Positions 46,752-56,181 of a stretch of DNA of 64,000 bases are shown piece by piece. Within the stretch, counting starts at the first letter, position 1; the number at the start of each line of letters is the position of its first letter. Below the pieces are notes generated by a model. The model was not told the DNA's origin, did not search any database, and saw only the letters and a list, made by a program, of their open reading frames with translations. The stretch lies in IMG/VR virus record IMGVR_UViG_3300045391_002864, positions 1-64,000 of that record. One strand, given 5' to 3'. The DNA comes from a virus. The position numbers and the translations under genes are program-made.

Positions 46752-47120
46752 ATGGTGAACCATCCGAATAGACGCAACACGCGCGACCGCGTGAAGTCTG
46801 TCTTCGTGGCGCCTCACATTCTGAACCTCTGCTTCGTCAAAGCAGCGCGCGCCGACGAACTGACGCGGGACGAGGTCGCTGGGCTCATGCGCTGGTGCGA
46901 CTGCCAGCGCGAAGACCTTTGGGACGGCATGTCCCTTCAGGAGATTCTGAACGTCTACCGGCGCTCGGCCGAGTTCGAGACATGGGAGTCCTGGGAGCAG
47001 GAGGAGCCGGGCGCCGCGCGCGACGCCTGGAACGAGGTTGTGAAGCTTGAGAATCAGCTGGTGCGCGCGTACACGCTCGCCGGGCAGGAGACGGCCGACC
47101 GCGCAGTGCAGGGGGGCTAA
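46752..47120 (+). CDS. hypothetical protein
   Basis: Starts MVNHPNR, a frequent phage N-terminus; RBS present. Confidence 0.55.
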   Translation: MVNHPNRRNTRDRVKSVFVAPHILNLCFVKAARADELTRDEVAGLMRWCDCQREDLWDGMSLQEILNVYRRSAEFETWESWEQEEPGAARDAWNEVVKLENQLVRAYTLAGQETADRAVQGG

Positions 47121-47599
47121 GGACATGACCGAGCAGTTTCTTCTCAACTGGCTATCGAAAGAGGAAAGCTCCGCTTACGGCGAGTGCAGAGGTGCGGTTC
47201 TGGACGGCTTGATAGCCAAAGGGTTTGCCGAGGTCGCGGCGCCGCCGCCAGGGCGCGACAAGGATTATGCGCGTGTACGGCTTACAGATGCCGGGCGCGC
47301 TGCGCTCGCTGACCGCGATGACGGCGCGGCGGCCGGCTGACGCCTTGGGAACGAGTGTCACGGATGGAGATGCGTTTTAAGCGTGCTGGTCGATCATCCG
47401 TTGCTCGTGACCCGTTTTAAGCACTCTGAGTCATTCTTTCTCCCGTCTGTGTGAATCATGCGGGAGCGGTGCGGACGGCGCAAGGCGCCCTAGCGCCGCC
47501 GCGCAGGGAGCAGCGCGTTCATAAGCCAGTTTGCGACTCATGTGTGGTCGCACGGGTATGTATGTATTAAACGCTATTCTTGCTTCGTAAGAAGCATAG

Positions 47600-47840
47600 G
47601 GGGTTTTTGGTAATGACAAACGTCCTTTTTAACCTGCCAAAAACCGACTTTTACCCTGTAATTCGTGGTTTCTACCCTAAAAACGAGAAACCAAAAACCG
47701 CCTATATATGGTTGGTTTTTGGCGCGGTAGAAACCAAAAACCACCTATATGTAGGCCGTTTTTGGTTTCTACCGGAACAGTGGATGGATTACCACATTAG
47801 CGTCCCCAGGTAAGTTAACGGCATTGACCGTAACCAAAAA
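47600..47840. repeat. cluster of (GGTAGAAA)CCAAAAACC direct and inverted repeats in an AT-rich intergenic region
   Basis: Perfect 17-bp inverted repeat at 47725-47741/47758-47774; second inverted repeat at 47691-47722. Confidence 0.75.
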
Positions 47841-47903
47841 TATACTTACCAAGCGACTATATACTGGCAATGACGCTAGAAGCTCGGCTTGAAAGAATCA
47901 TGA

Positions 47904-48803
47904 ATGCGCCCTGGAGACAGTTTTACCCTTCCGTCAGAAGTAGACTTTGGATGCGAAGGCAGCTTAGCGTCCGGCACGGTCTGGCGACGCTATGAGTGCA
48001 CGGGCACTGAGATCGTGAAGGACAAGAAATACCGTAAAAACGAACTGGCGGTCGTAGAGGGCCGCTGTCTCGCGTCCGGGTGCGAGACAGCGATCCGCGT
48101 GCTCGTGCCGGCGGTATGGCCCTCGTCCTATGCGCCCGGATTTGTCTTCGACGGTAAGAGAAAGGTATTCCGGCCGAGCCGAACGTATGCCTTCCTGCCG
48201 TTCTGCGCCGCGCACAGCCGAAACATGATTGATTCGAAGAGGGAACCGACCGGCATGTCTCCGGGGCGGCCGGGCTTCAAGCTGGAGCGCCTGGAGCTTG
48301 CCATCCTCTTGCGGGCCGCGCTGGTCCCTCAGACCTACGCTGACGTCCTGGCGTGGCTTCCGCAGTTGCCGCCTGACGTGCTCGATGAGAGCGGCTATGT
48401 GGCGGAGCGGGACAACTCGCGCTGGCTGCAGCGCATCGCCGTGGATATGGGGGAGACGATGCGCGCCGGGAAGAAAGTCGGAAAGGGTCTGCTCTGCGAT
48501 ATCGCGCAGTCTCGGATGCGCACGTTTTACACGCGGCCGGGCTCTGCCGTGTACGACGTGCCGCTGGCGAACCGCCTTACGCAGCGGATGTATATGGAGG
48601 AACTTGCCGACGCGCCCGGCGCCGACGAGGTCATGTTCGCGATGGAGGGCCTATCTGACAATCCGACCGACGACGAGATTGCAGCGTCCACTCCGCTTAT
48701 CGAGCAGGCGCGCGGCATCAACATGATCCGCGTAGCCGAAGGTCTGGCGCCCCTACCATTCTGGAGCGACGAGCGCTACGCTGCTCTCGCCCCTGGCGCT
48801 TGA
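47904..48803 (+). CDS. hypothetical protein
   Basis: 299-aa ORF downstream of the repeat cluster and a promoter. Confidence 0.6.
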   Translation: MRPGDSFTLPSEVDFGCEGSLASGTVWRRYECTGTEIVKDKKYRKNELAVVEGRCLASGCETAIRVLVPAVWPSSYAPGFVFDGKRKVFRPSRTYAFLPFCAAHSRNMIDSKREPTGMSPGRPGFKLERLELAILLRAALVPQTYADVLAWLPQLPPDVLDESGYVAERDNSRWLQRIAVDMGETMRAGKKVGKGLLCDIAQSRMRTFYTRPGSAVYDVPLANRLTQRMYMEELADAPGADEVMFAMEGLSDNPTDDEIAASTPLIEQARGINMIRVAEGLAPLPFWSDERYAALAPGA

Positions 48804-49560
48804 ACATGAGTGCTGACGGTATGATCGCCTTCAAATGCGGTACACGCGAGCAGCTTGTCGCCTGGCTCAACGCTGGCGAGATGCGCCCGGACGTCATTGA
48901 CAAGGACGACGTGCAGGAAGAAAAAAACGTCCATATTCGTGCTGTCGGCTGAACAGCAACTATACCCCGGAGCCTGAATGTAGATGCCCCGTTCTCGTGC
49001 GGAAATGGAAGATGTCTTGGCGCTGTCTTTTGTCCGGTTTGTCGCCTTCCGCGACAACGCGCCAGGGCCGGCCCAGCGAAAGATTGCAACCGAGGCGGCG
49101 GGGCATTGCCTTTGGGCGCTTGGGGTCGAGGAACACAGTGGGATTGTAGCTGTGGAACCGGAGCCTCTCGGCAAAACCATCGACGGCATAGCTTCGCCGC
49201 TACTCGATTCAAGCGAGGTCTCGCCGCGCGCAGTTCTCGCGGTAACTGCCACGCCAACCTAATCCCGATTTTTGAGTCTCGCATGACGCGCACAGCCAGA
49301 ACCCGCGAAGAAAGAATGGTTGAAGCGGAGGTGCGCAGCACCCGCGCACTGGCCGATGCCAACGAGGCTTCGGAAAAAGGGCAGAAGGAGAAAGCGGAGC
49401 GTCTTTATGATCGGGCTCAATACTGGCTCGATGTTTATAACAAACTCGCCGGTAATGCGTAATCTTAACCTCCGTATCCGCCACGAGGTCGGCGGCAGGA
49501 GCTTGACCGGCCGCTCGATCCTGGGATGTTAGAGCTACCTAACGTCTCAGGATTGAAAGA

Positions 49561-49887
49561 ATGCGCATAGCCTTACTCGCCGCCGCTCTCGTCTGCCTGC
49601 CCTTAATGGCCCGCGCGGAGCCTGCCCCTATCAGCTGCACTTCCGCCGTGGAGATGGCGACGGCGCATCAGGATCAGGCCCTGGTGAACTATGCCACGGA
49701 CCTGTACTCGACGTGGGACGCGCAGGCAGAGGCGAACGGCCAGCCTCCCGTGGGAATCCCTCTCGGCGGCTTCGGCGACGCACAGATTAACTTCTGGCTG
49801 AACAGTTGCTTAGGAGACATGAGCCTGCCGCTGGCAGCCGTGATTCACACTGAATACAACGTCGCGCGCGCCATGGAAGGCGGATGA
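49561..49887 (+). CDS. secreted/periplasmic protein
   Basis: Signal peptide MRIALLAAALVCLPLMARA. Confidence 0.6.
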   Translation: MRIALLAAALVCLPLMARAEPAPISCTSAVEMATAHQDQALVNYATDLYSTWDAQAEANGQPPVGIPLGGFGDAQINFWLNSCLGDMSLPLAAVIHTEYNVARAMEGG

Positions 49888-49902
49888 CCTGAAGGAAGAA
49901 GC

Positions 49903-50181
49903 ATGAAAACGATTTGGAAGTTCGTTCTCGATCCCGAGGACTTAGAAGTATCGATGCCAGCTGGTGCACAAATACTGACTGTGCGCGAGCAGGGGGTCGA
50001 CCGCATTTGCGCCTGGGCACTCGTCGATCCGAACGAGGGTAAAAAGGAGCTACGGTCTTTCAATGTGTACGGCACCGGGCACGTAGTCGAAGGGTGTCCT
50101 GGCCGGTATCTTGGAGCGGCGATGCTCAATGGCGGCTCGCTTGTGCTCCATGTCTTTGAGGCAAGCGAAGGCGCGACCTAG
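49903..50181 (+). CDS. conserved phage hypothetical protein
   Basis: IWKF.L...MP.GAQIL...WALVD...YGTGH motif. Confidence 0.6.
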   Translation: MKTIWKFVLDPEDLEVSMPAGAQILTVREQGVDRICAWALVDPNEGKKELRSFNVYGTGHVVEGCPGRYLGAAMLNGGSLVLHVFEASEGAT

Positions 50182-50379
50182 CGCTGCATCACGCAGTTTT
50201 GAGCTTTTGAAAGGGCAGGGGGTCTTCTCCTGCCCTTTTTCGTGCTCCGGAGGGGATCAGACTCCTTCAGCACCCATGAAATTCTCGTAAAGCTCTTTTA
50301 TCCTCGCTAGCGTCATTGACCTTGTAAAGTGCTAAGGGCATTAACAGTGACAATGACGCTAACTTGGAAGGGTGACTAA

Positions 50380-50718
50380 GTGACTGAGAAGTGGACTCCT
50401 GGCCCGTGGAAGAGGTTCGAGGGCTTGTTTGACGACCGCCCCGGCATCGAGCCGCTTGGCGGCGACCTGACGATTGTCGTTTGGGGCACGAACAGCGCGG
50501 ATGACGACGGCGGCGAATGCGCAGCTGATCGCGGCGGCGCCGGACTTGGCGGCGGCCCTGGCACCGTTCGCGGCATTCTGCGACGCCATGGAGGCCCGTT
50601 GAAGGAAGGCGATGCCTTCTACACGCTCATGGTCAGCGGCGGCCCGGTAGCGATCACGAACGACGACTTCAAGCGCGCTCGCCACGCCCTACTCTTTGCG
50701 CGCGGAGAGGTCGCATGA
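50380..50718 (+). CDS. TPGPW-family phage protein with an internal frame-shifted segment
   Basis: WTPGPW N-terminus; the family motif ANAQLIAAAPDL lies in the +1 frame. Confidence 0.5.
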   Translation: MTEKWTPGPWKRFEGLFDDRPGIEPLGGDLTIVVWGTNSADDDGGECAADRGGAGLGGGPGTVRGILRRHGGPLKEGDAFYTLMVSGGPVAITNDDFKRARHALLFARGEVA

Positions 50719-51182
50719 GCGTCATCGTGAAAAGCGAGTGCCGGGAACTCGATCTGCCGGGCAATCCGGATGTCTACTACAGCCCCGAGATGGATAACTT
50801 CTACAGCCGCAAGGATAAGCGCGGTATGGGGAGCAAGTTCTATGTCGAGAACATCGCAGCCATGGGCGAGGCGGGGAGGCGTTGGCGCCCTGTCGCTCCG
50901 CTAGCCGGCGGCACCGACTCACTGCCTGCGGTTCTGCCCGGACACTGGGCTACCGAAGAGGGCCGTGAAAAGGCGCTGGCTTATGCCGGAAAGGCGCGCG
51001 CCGATCTGGCACATGGCCAGATGTCGGACCTTGCACTTGCCAATAGGGTTTTCATGGCAAGCCGCAACGATCTTGACCTCATCGTGTGGCAAACGGCGGC
51101 GAAGGACCGCATCCGGTGGCTGTCGGTCCAGCTGGCAATCGCGAATGCTGCCCTGGCCGCCGCGCGCGGAGAAGGCGCATGA
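50715..51182 (+). CDS. hypothetical protein
   Basis: ATGA-coupled ORF. Confidence 0.6.
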   Translation: MSVIVKSECRELDLPGNPDVYYSPEMDNFYSRKDKRGMGSKFYVENIAAMGEAGRRWRPVAPLAGGTDSLPAVLPGHWATEEGREKALAYAGKARADLAHGQMSDLALANRVFMASRNDLDLIVWQTAAKDRIRWLSVQLAIANAALAAARGEGA

Positions 51183-51394
51183 GCGTGAAATCCTTCAAAA
51201 TGCTGGCGGACAGCAAGATCAGGCCCGAGGTCAAAGCCGGCACGACCGTCTACGACTGCCACATGTACGACTACGGTTGCGCGAACGACGACACGCGTTT
51301 TACCGGAATCGAGCACACGTCGGTCACGCTGGACCCGGCCGGAGGCTATCCGTTCTTCACCGTCCCGGTGACTGATCTGGAGGAAATCAAGTGA
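51179..51394 (+). CDS. hypothetical protein
   Basis: ATGA-coupled; YDYGCANDD...YPFFTVP. Confidence 0.6.
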   Translation: MSVKSFKMLADSKIRPEVKAGTTVYDCHMYDYGCANDDTRFTGIEHTSVTLDPAGGYPFFTVPVTDLEEIK

Positions 51395-51687
51395 GCACGC
51401 CCTGGAGCAAAGGCCCGTGGCGCCGCCGCGACAGCAGCGACGTTGTCGACGCGACTGGCGAGCGCGTTCATTTTGCCGGGCTTCGGCTCCTCATGAACGC
51501 CGGCCCCGAGGACAACGCACAAGCCGAGGCGAACACGCGCCTTGCCCTGGCGGCACCGAGGCTGGTCGACGCGCTTGAAGCTGCGTTGGCCGTCATCCGC
51601 ATGACAGCCAACGAATCATCCATTCCCAAAGTGGTGCTGGAGTTCGGCGAATTGGCGCTGGCCGAGGCACGAGGAGAAGTGAAGTGA
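51391..51687 (+). CDS. TPGPW-family phage protein
   Basis: WSKGPW...ANTRLALAAPRLVDALE. Confidence 0.6.
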   Translation: MSTPWSKGPWRRRDSSDVVDATGERVHFAGLRLLMNAGPEDNAQAEANTRLALAAPRLVDALEAALAVIRMTANESSIPKVVLEFGELALAEARGEVK

Positions 51688-52043
51688 AGAAGTTCGATCC
51701 CACGAAACCTGTCCAGACCCGCGAAGGACAGCCGGCGCGCATCGTCGCTAGCGATATGAAAAACGACGTCTATCCCATCGTGGCGATCGTCACAATGCTG
51801 GACGGCGAAGAGTGCGTCAGTACGCACACGTCGGAAGGGAAGTTCGAAGCTACATGCGGTATCAGCATGGGCGATCTGGTGAACATTCCGGAGCGACGGA
51901 AGGTCTGGCTTGATATTTGGGCGGACGGCTTTGCTTCCGGCTTCCCGACAGAGGAGTTGGCGCGCCAGTACGCGTCCCGCACCAGCGGACGTATTATCGC
52001 CGTCGCTGTGCCCTTCGAATACGAGGAGCCGAACCATGACTAA
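51684..52043 (+). CDS. paralog array copy 1 (KFDPTKPVQTRxG family)
   Basis: Shares motifs with five neighbouring genes. Confidence 0.8.
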   Translation: MKKFDPTKPVQTREGQPARIVASDMKNDVYPIVAIVTMLDGEECVSTHTSEGKFEATCGISMGDLVNIPERRKVWLDIWADGFASGFPTEELARQYASRTSGRIIAVAVPFEYEEPNHD

Positions 52044-52392
52044 GTTCGATCCCACGAAGCCGGTTCAGACGCGCGGCGGCTTGCCCGTCCGCATTATCTG
52101 CTCTGACCGAAAGGATAGCGAGATTCCGATCGTCGCGCTGATCGACAAAGGGGATGGCGGCGAAGCGGTCGAGTGCTACCGGGCGGACGGCACTGCGTTC
52201 AGCAGGTGCAATTCTGACAGAGACCTTGTCAATCTTCCCGAGCGGAAGCGACTCTGGCTGAACATCACCAAGGGCGGCGCCTCAGTTTACCGACACAAGA
52301 CCGAGGAGGAGGCCCGGCGCAACGCGTCTCTCTCCATCGTCTATGACCATATTGCATTTATGATCGAGTACGAGGTGCCGAACCATGGCTAA
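52036..52392 (+). CDS. paralog array copy 2
   Basis: MTKFDPTKPVQTRGG...DLVNLPE..LWLNI...EYEV. Confidence 0.8.
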   Translation: MTKFDPTKPVQTRGGLPVRIICSDRKDSEIPIVALIDKGDGGEAVECYRADGTAFSRCNSDRDLVNLPERKRLWLNITKGGASVYRHKTEEEARRNASLSIVYDHIAFMIEYEVPNHG

Positions 52393-52735
52393 GCTGAAGC
52401 TCGACTGGCCGGTGAAAACTCGCGCCGGCCGCGACGCGATTATCATTGCGACGGACCTGAAAAACCCGACGCATCCGGTTGCGGCGCGCGTCATGACTGC
52501 CAGCGGCGATGAGATCGTTCATCACTTCACGGTCGACGGCCAGTTCAACGCATACAGGGAGAGCGACGATGACCTCGTCAATGTCCCGAAGCGCAAGCAA
52601 GTCTGGCTGAACGTCCATAAGAACTGTGCGGTCTATCACTTCGGCTCTGAGGCAGACGCACGCGATGCAGTTTTCGAGATGGAAGATCAATATGACGTGA
52701 TCGCGCGCCTCGTCGAGTACGAGGTGCAGCCGTGA
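52385..52735 (+). CDS. paralog array copy 3
   Basis: PVKTRAG...DLVNVPK..VWLNV...EYEV. Confidence 0.8.
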   Translation: MAKLKLDWPVKTRAGRDAIIIATDLKNPTHPVAARVMTASGDEIVHHFTVDGQFNAYRESDDDLVNVPKRKQVWLNVHKNCAVYHFGSEADARDAVFEMEDQYDVIARLVEYEVQP

Positions 52736-53085
52736 AGAAGTTCAATCCGGCGCTGCCGGTGACGACTCGCGACGGGCACCCCGCGCGCATCCTGGCAACG
52801 GACCTGAAAAACCCTGCTTTCCCGATCGCGGCTGTCATGACTGACGAGGACGGCGTCGAGAAGGAGGTTTGCACCTTCACGGCCGAAGGGCGTTTTGCTC
52901 ACGACGGGCACGAGCGCGACGCCGACCTTGTCAATCCGCCGGCCATCAAGAATCTCTGGCTGAACATCACGGACGCCGGCCGGGTCTACGCCTATTCCGA
53001 TAAGGACAATGCCCTTAGCGTTGCAAAATCCGGCCCGCTCGTATATGACGCGGTCGCAATTCTTTTTGAATACGAGGCACAATGA
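52732..53085 (+). CDS. paralog array copy 4
   Basis: KKFNPALPVTTRDG...DLVNPP..LWLNI...EYEA. Confidence 0.8.
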   Translation: MKKFNPALPVTTRDGHPARILATDLKNPAFPIAAVMTDEDGVEKEVCTFTAEGRFAHDGHERDADLVNPPAIKNLWLNITDAGRVYAYSDKDNALSVAKSGPLVYDAVAILFEYEAQ

Positions 53086-53450
53086 TGCAGATTAAGAAGT
53101 TTGATCCGACCAAGCCCGTGCAGACCCGCGCCGGCCAGCCTGCGACGATTCTCGCGACTGATATCGACAATCCGAGCTATCCGATTGCTGCGCGCGTTCG
53201 GCGCGAAGACAACAGCCTCGAAGTCATCATGGGATACCGCGCGAACGGGCAGCGTTTTCCGTTCGCCCATAACGACCACGATCTCGTCAATATGCCGGAA
53301 AAGCGGACGCTTTTCATGAATGTCCCGAAACCAGGCGCTGGGTCCATTCGCCACTATTCCACGGCGGAGAATGCGAAGGCGGCGGCATCTATCCGCCCCG
53401 ACTTGTTCGAGGCCATCGCGGCGCCGTTCGTGTACGAGGTGCACGAGTGA
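53082..53450 (+). CDS. paralog array copy 5
   Basis: KKFDPTKPVQTRAG...DLVNMPE...YEV. Confidence 0.8.
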   Translation: MMQIKKFDPTKPVQTRAGQPATILATDIDNPSYPIAARVRREDNSLEVIMGYRANGQRFPFAHNDHDLVNMPEKRTLFMNVPKPGAGSIRHYSTAENAKAAASIRPDLFEAIAAPFVYEVHE

Positions 53451-53665
53451 GCCCGCTCGCCGAGCCCCGCGCTGAAGTCCAGTTCCAAGTCTATGCCGCC
53501 GCCGTGGTACTGTCGCGCGCGCATGGAACGCCGGCCGGTACGCTAAGGGCAATGCCGCAAACTGACCTCCAGCGCATCGTGGCAGCCGCGAAGAAGTGTC
53601 CCTGGCACAATGGCGCGGCGACGTGCCGGAAGGCGGCGGAGCGGCTTCTGGCGGGCCGGGCGTAG
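53447..53665 (+). CDS. hypothetical protein
   Basis: GTGA-coupled ORF. Confidence 0.5.
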   Translation: MSPLAEPRAEVQFQVYAAAVVLSRAHGTPAGTLRAMPQTDLQRIVAAAKKCPWHNGAATCRKAAERLLAGRA

Positions 53666-53668
53666 GCT

Positions 53669-54016
53669 CTGAGACCGTCCGAATGTCTGACAAGGGCTAA
53701 GGCCCTTGTCACGGCTCCGGAGCGCCTAACGAAAGGCGTGCTAGCGCGGGATGCCTCCGGCGAGCGAGTGTTCCCGCTCGATAAGAGCGCGGTGTGCTTC
53801 TGCGCCCTCGGCGCCATTTTCCGCACGCAAGGGAGCCACGATCAGTCCGATGCAGTCCGCTTTTTGGAGTCGGTAGTCGATGACATGGACGTAGGCGAGT
53901 TTAACGACAGCCACACGCACAAAGAGATTTTAGCTCTGTTCGACAGGGCCATCAAAATAGCGAGGAGTTTTGAGGATGAGCAGAATGCCTTCCGAGGTTT
54001 TGCAGGCGGCGAGTGA
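53669..54016 (+). CDS. DUF6197-like protein, copy 1 (start uncertain)
   Basis: ARDASG...AVCFCALGAI...FND..TH.EILALFDRAI; similarity to the next gene begins at CTG 53669. Confidence 0.55.
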   Translation: MRPSECLTRAKALVTAPERLTKGVLARDASGERVFPLDKSAVCFCALGAIFRTQGSHDQSDAVRFLESVVDDMDVGEFNDSHTHKEILALFDRAIKIARSFEDEQNAFRGFAGGE

Positions 54017-54302
54017 TCTGATCCCGACGCCGGAGAAATGGACGCAGGGCGCGTACGCGCGCGACGCAGATGGAGAAAGCGTGTCCTGGGATGATCCTGC
54101 GGCGGTGTGCTTCTGCTCACAGGGAGCGATACGCAAGGCGAGCGGTGCATCCTTCAACGGAGCCGTATTCTTAGCAGAGCGGTATCTGTCGCGAGCGTTC
54201 GGCGACGCCGGAATCATCACGTCAAACGATACCAGCAGCCATGCGCGCGTGCGCCGGGCGTTCAGCGAAGCAATCGAAATGGCGCAAGCCGCAGGAGAGT
54301 GA
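53976..54302 (+). CDS. DUF6197-like protein, copy 2
   Basis: WTQGAYARDADG...AVCFCSQGAI...ND..SH..V..AF.EAI. Confidence 0.65.
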   Translation: MSRMPSEVLQAASDLIPTPEKWTQGAYARDADGESVSWDDPAAVCFCSQGAIRKASGASFNGAVFLAERYLSRAFGDAGIITSNDTSSHARVRRAFSEAIEMAQAAGE

Positions 54303-54304
54303 CC

Positions 54305-54664
54305 ATGAAGTTCGACCCCACGAAGCCTGTCCAGACGCGTGACGGGCGCCCGGCGCGCATCATCATGACTGATGCGCAAAACGAAAGCTACCCGATCGTC
54401 GCCCTGGTGCTGGATGGCGATCAGGAATCGCCAAATTCCTTCACTGCCGAAGGGCGTTTCTATGTCGAAGAGGACGAAGACGATCTCGACCTCATCAATG
54501 TGTCCGAGAAGCGGCGCTTTTGGGTGAACATTCCTCCCGACGGCAGATTCAGCAAGGGACACGACAGCGAGGACGCCGCTCGCGCCGCAGTGAAGGGGAT
54601 TGAGTATCGTTTCGAAGCCATCGCGCACCTCGTCGAATACGAAGTGCCGGCGAAGGGAGAGTGA
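54305..54664 (+). CDS. paralog array copy 6
   Basis: MKFDPTKPVQTRDGRPARII...DLINV..FWVNI...EYEV. Confidence 0.8.
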   Translation: MKFDPTKPVQTRDGRPARIIMTDAQNESYPIVALVLDGDQESPNSFTAEGRFYVEEDEDDLDLINVSEKRRFWVNIPPDGRFSKGHDSEDAARAAVKGIEYRFEAIAHLVEYEVPAKGE

Positions 54665-54813
54665 GCATGGAGGACATGGTCACGATTCCGAAGAAGGAAT
54701 ACGACGAGTTGCAGGCCACCAGCCGCAAGCTGGCAGCGCTTGAAGCTGGCGGCGTCGATAACTGGGAGGGATACGACTTCTCCATGGAAAGCCTCCGTGG
54801 AGAGGACGAATAG
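54661..54813 (+). CDS. small phage protein (LEAGGVDNWEGY motif)
   Basis: 50-aa coupled ORF, absent from the ORF track. Confidence 0.55.
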   Translation: MSMEDMVTIPKKEYDELQATSRKLAALEAGGVDNWEGYDFSMESLRGEDE

Positions 54814-54815
54814 CC

Positions 54816-55196
54816 ATGGCGATGAACAAAAAGGAGCAGGCGGAGTTCGCGCAGATGGCGCGCGACCTTCGTGCCGCCAAGGCCCTACGCTACTCGACTG
54901 AGCCGGCGCCGAAGTTGATACCGCCTCCCAGCGACGGCAGCTACGTTCAAGGCTGGGTAATCAACAGCTACTCGGTGACGGTCGATAAATGCACGACGTC
55001 GAGTGCTTACCACTTGCGCGGTTATCACGTCGAGGGGCGGGAGCAAGGCATAAGGAGCATTGCGTGGTCGCAGAATGGTATCTCTATGTACGCGACCGAG
55101 CATGACGCCTGGGCAGCGCTTCGCAAGGCGAAAGAGGCGGAGTTCGCCCTGAAGCTGGCGGAGATCGACGCCAAGATCGAGGAGCTTCGCGAATGA
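54816..55196 (+). CDS. hypothetical protein
   Basis: Operon ORF. Confidence 0.55.
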   Translation: MAMNKKEQAEFAQMARDLRAAKALRYSTEPAPKLIPPPSDGSYVQGWVINSYSVTVDKCTTSSAYHLRGYHVEGREQGIRSIAWSQNGISMYATEHDAWAALRKAKEAEFALKLAEIDAKIEELRE

Positions 55197-55699
55197 CGGC
55201 ACGGCAAAGAGTCTGTACCGTTCACGGGCTGCTGGCTGAAGGTGAGTTCTACGCGTCGGTTCGCGGCTCCGGGTGCATCCGGTGCATCCGGCAGAAGGCC
55301 AGGGAGTATAATGCGAGCCGGCCCGAGGAGCGGCAAGCCTACAACAAGCGCAGGCAAGAGGAGCGCCGGGCGCGCGCAGCGGCCGAGCAGGGCAGGGCGC
55401 AAGAGGAAACCCGCGTCTGCGAGGTCCATGGCGTTCTGGCCGCAGGGCAGTTCTTCCCGTCGTACAAAAGAAGCACGGGCTGCATTGCGTGCCACATGGC
55501 GCGCATGAAGGAAATTCAGGTGCGCCGCAGGGCTGCGCAGGCCGCAGTCCGGGCAAAGAAGAAAGCGGACGAGCAGCAGGCCGTGCGGCCGAAGGTGGCG
55601 GAGCACGCGCCGAAGCCCGAGGACGGGCACGGGCCGATCTACGCGGCCACGGCCGACAAGAGCGCGCTCTGGTTCCGCTCGATGAGGCCGCAGCCGTGA
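55193..55699 (+). CDS. protein with two CxxH...CxxC zinc-finger-like repeats
   Basis: RVCTVHGLLAEGEF..GCIRC and RVCEVHGVLAAGQF..GCIAC. Confidence 0.6.
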   Translation: MTARQRVCTVHGLLAEGEFYASVRGSGCIRCIRQKAREYNASRPEERQAYNKRRQEERRARAAAEQGRAQEETRVCEVHGVLAAGQFFPSYKRSTGCIACHMARMKEIQVRRRAAQAAVRAKKKADEQQAVRPKVAEHAPKPEDGHGPIYAATADKSALWFRSMRPQP

Positions 55700-55943
55700 T
55701 CTGCGGTCTGACCGTCCTGGGCATGCTCGCCCTTCAGGCAGCATCGAACATGATCCCGGCCCTGCAGCTGGCCGACGTGCGGGTCGAGCAAGTGGCTGCG
55801 CCGCGCCCGGCCGGCGCATTCTGCGCGGCGCCTGTCCGCCTTAGCGATGGGCAGACGGGAATCCTGCGCTTCAGCGTCGACGGCAACCGCAATGACGTCG
55901 ATTACGTATATCTGACGGGTATCAGAGATTAACTGGAGACGAA

Positions 55944-56123
55944 ATGAAAGTATGGACCGTTGTTCGCTTCCCAAACGGGAGTTGGAGTTACGGAGGGCGC
56001 CCCGACAGTCCTGATTACGCGGAATGCGAGGTATGGGAAATCGAGGCTGAGACAGCCGCTAAAGCGGTGAGAAAGGCCCAAGGGAAGCGCCGCCGCGAAC
56101 AGAAATCCATTTGGTCTGCTTAG
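55944..56123 (+). CDS. 59-aa hypothetical protein
   Basis: GGAG RBS; MKVWTVVRFPNGSWSYGG... Confidence 0.5.
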   Translation: MKVWTVVRFPNGSWSYGGRPDSPDYAECEVWEIEAETAAKAVRKAQGKRRREQKSIWSA

Positions 56124-56181
56124 CCCCGAAGAAGTAGGGTCGTTCTCTAAGAGCCGGCGGCGCGGAAGGGTAGGATGAGGC

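Noticed and set aside
51684-54664. Diversity-generating retroelement
   Set aside because: No reverse transcriptase in the window and no near-identical TR/VR pair with adenine-specific differences
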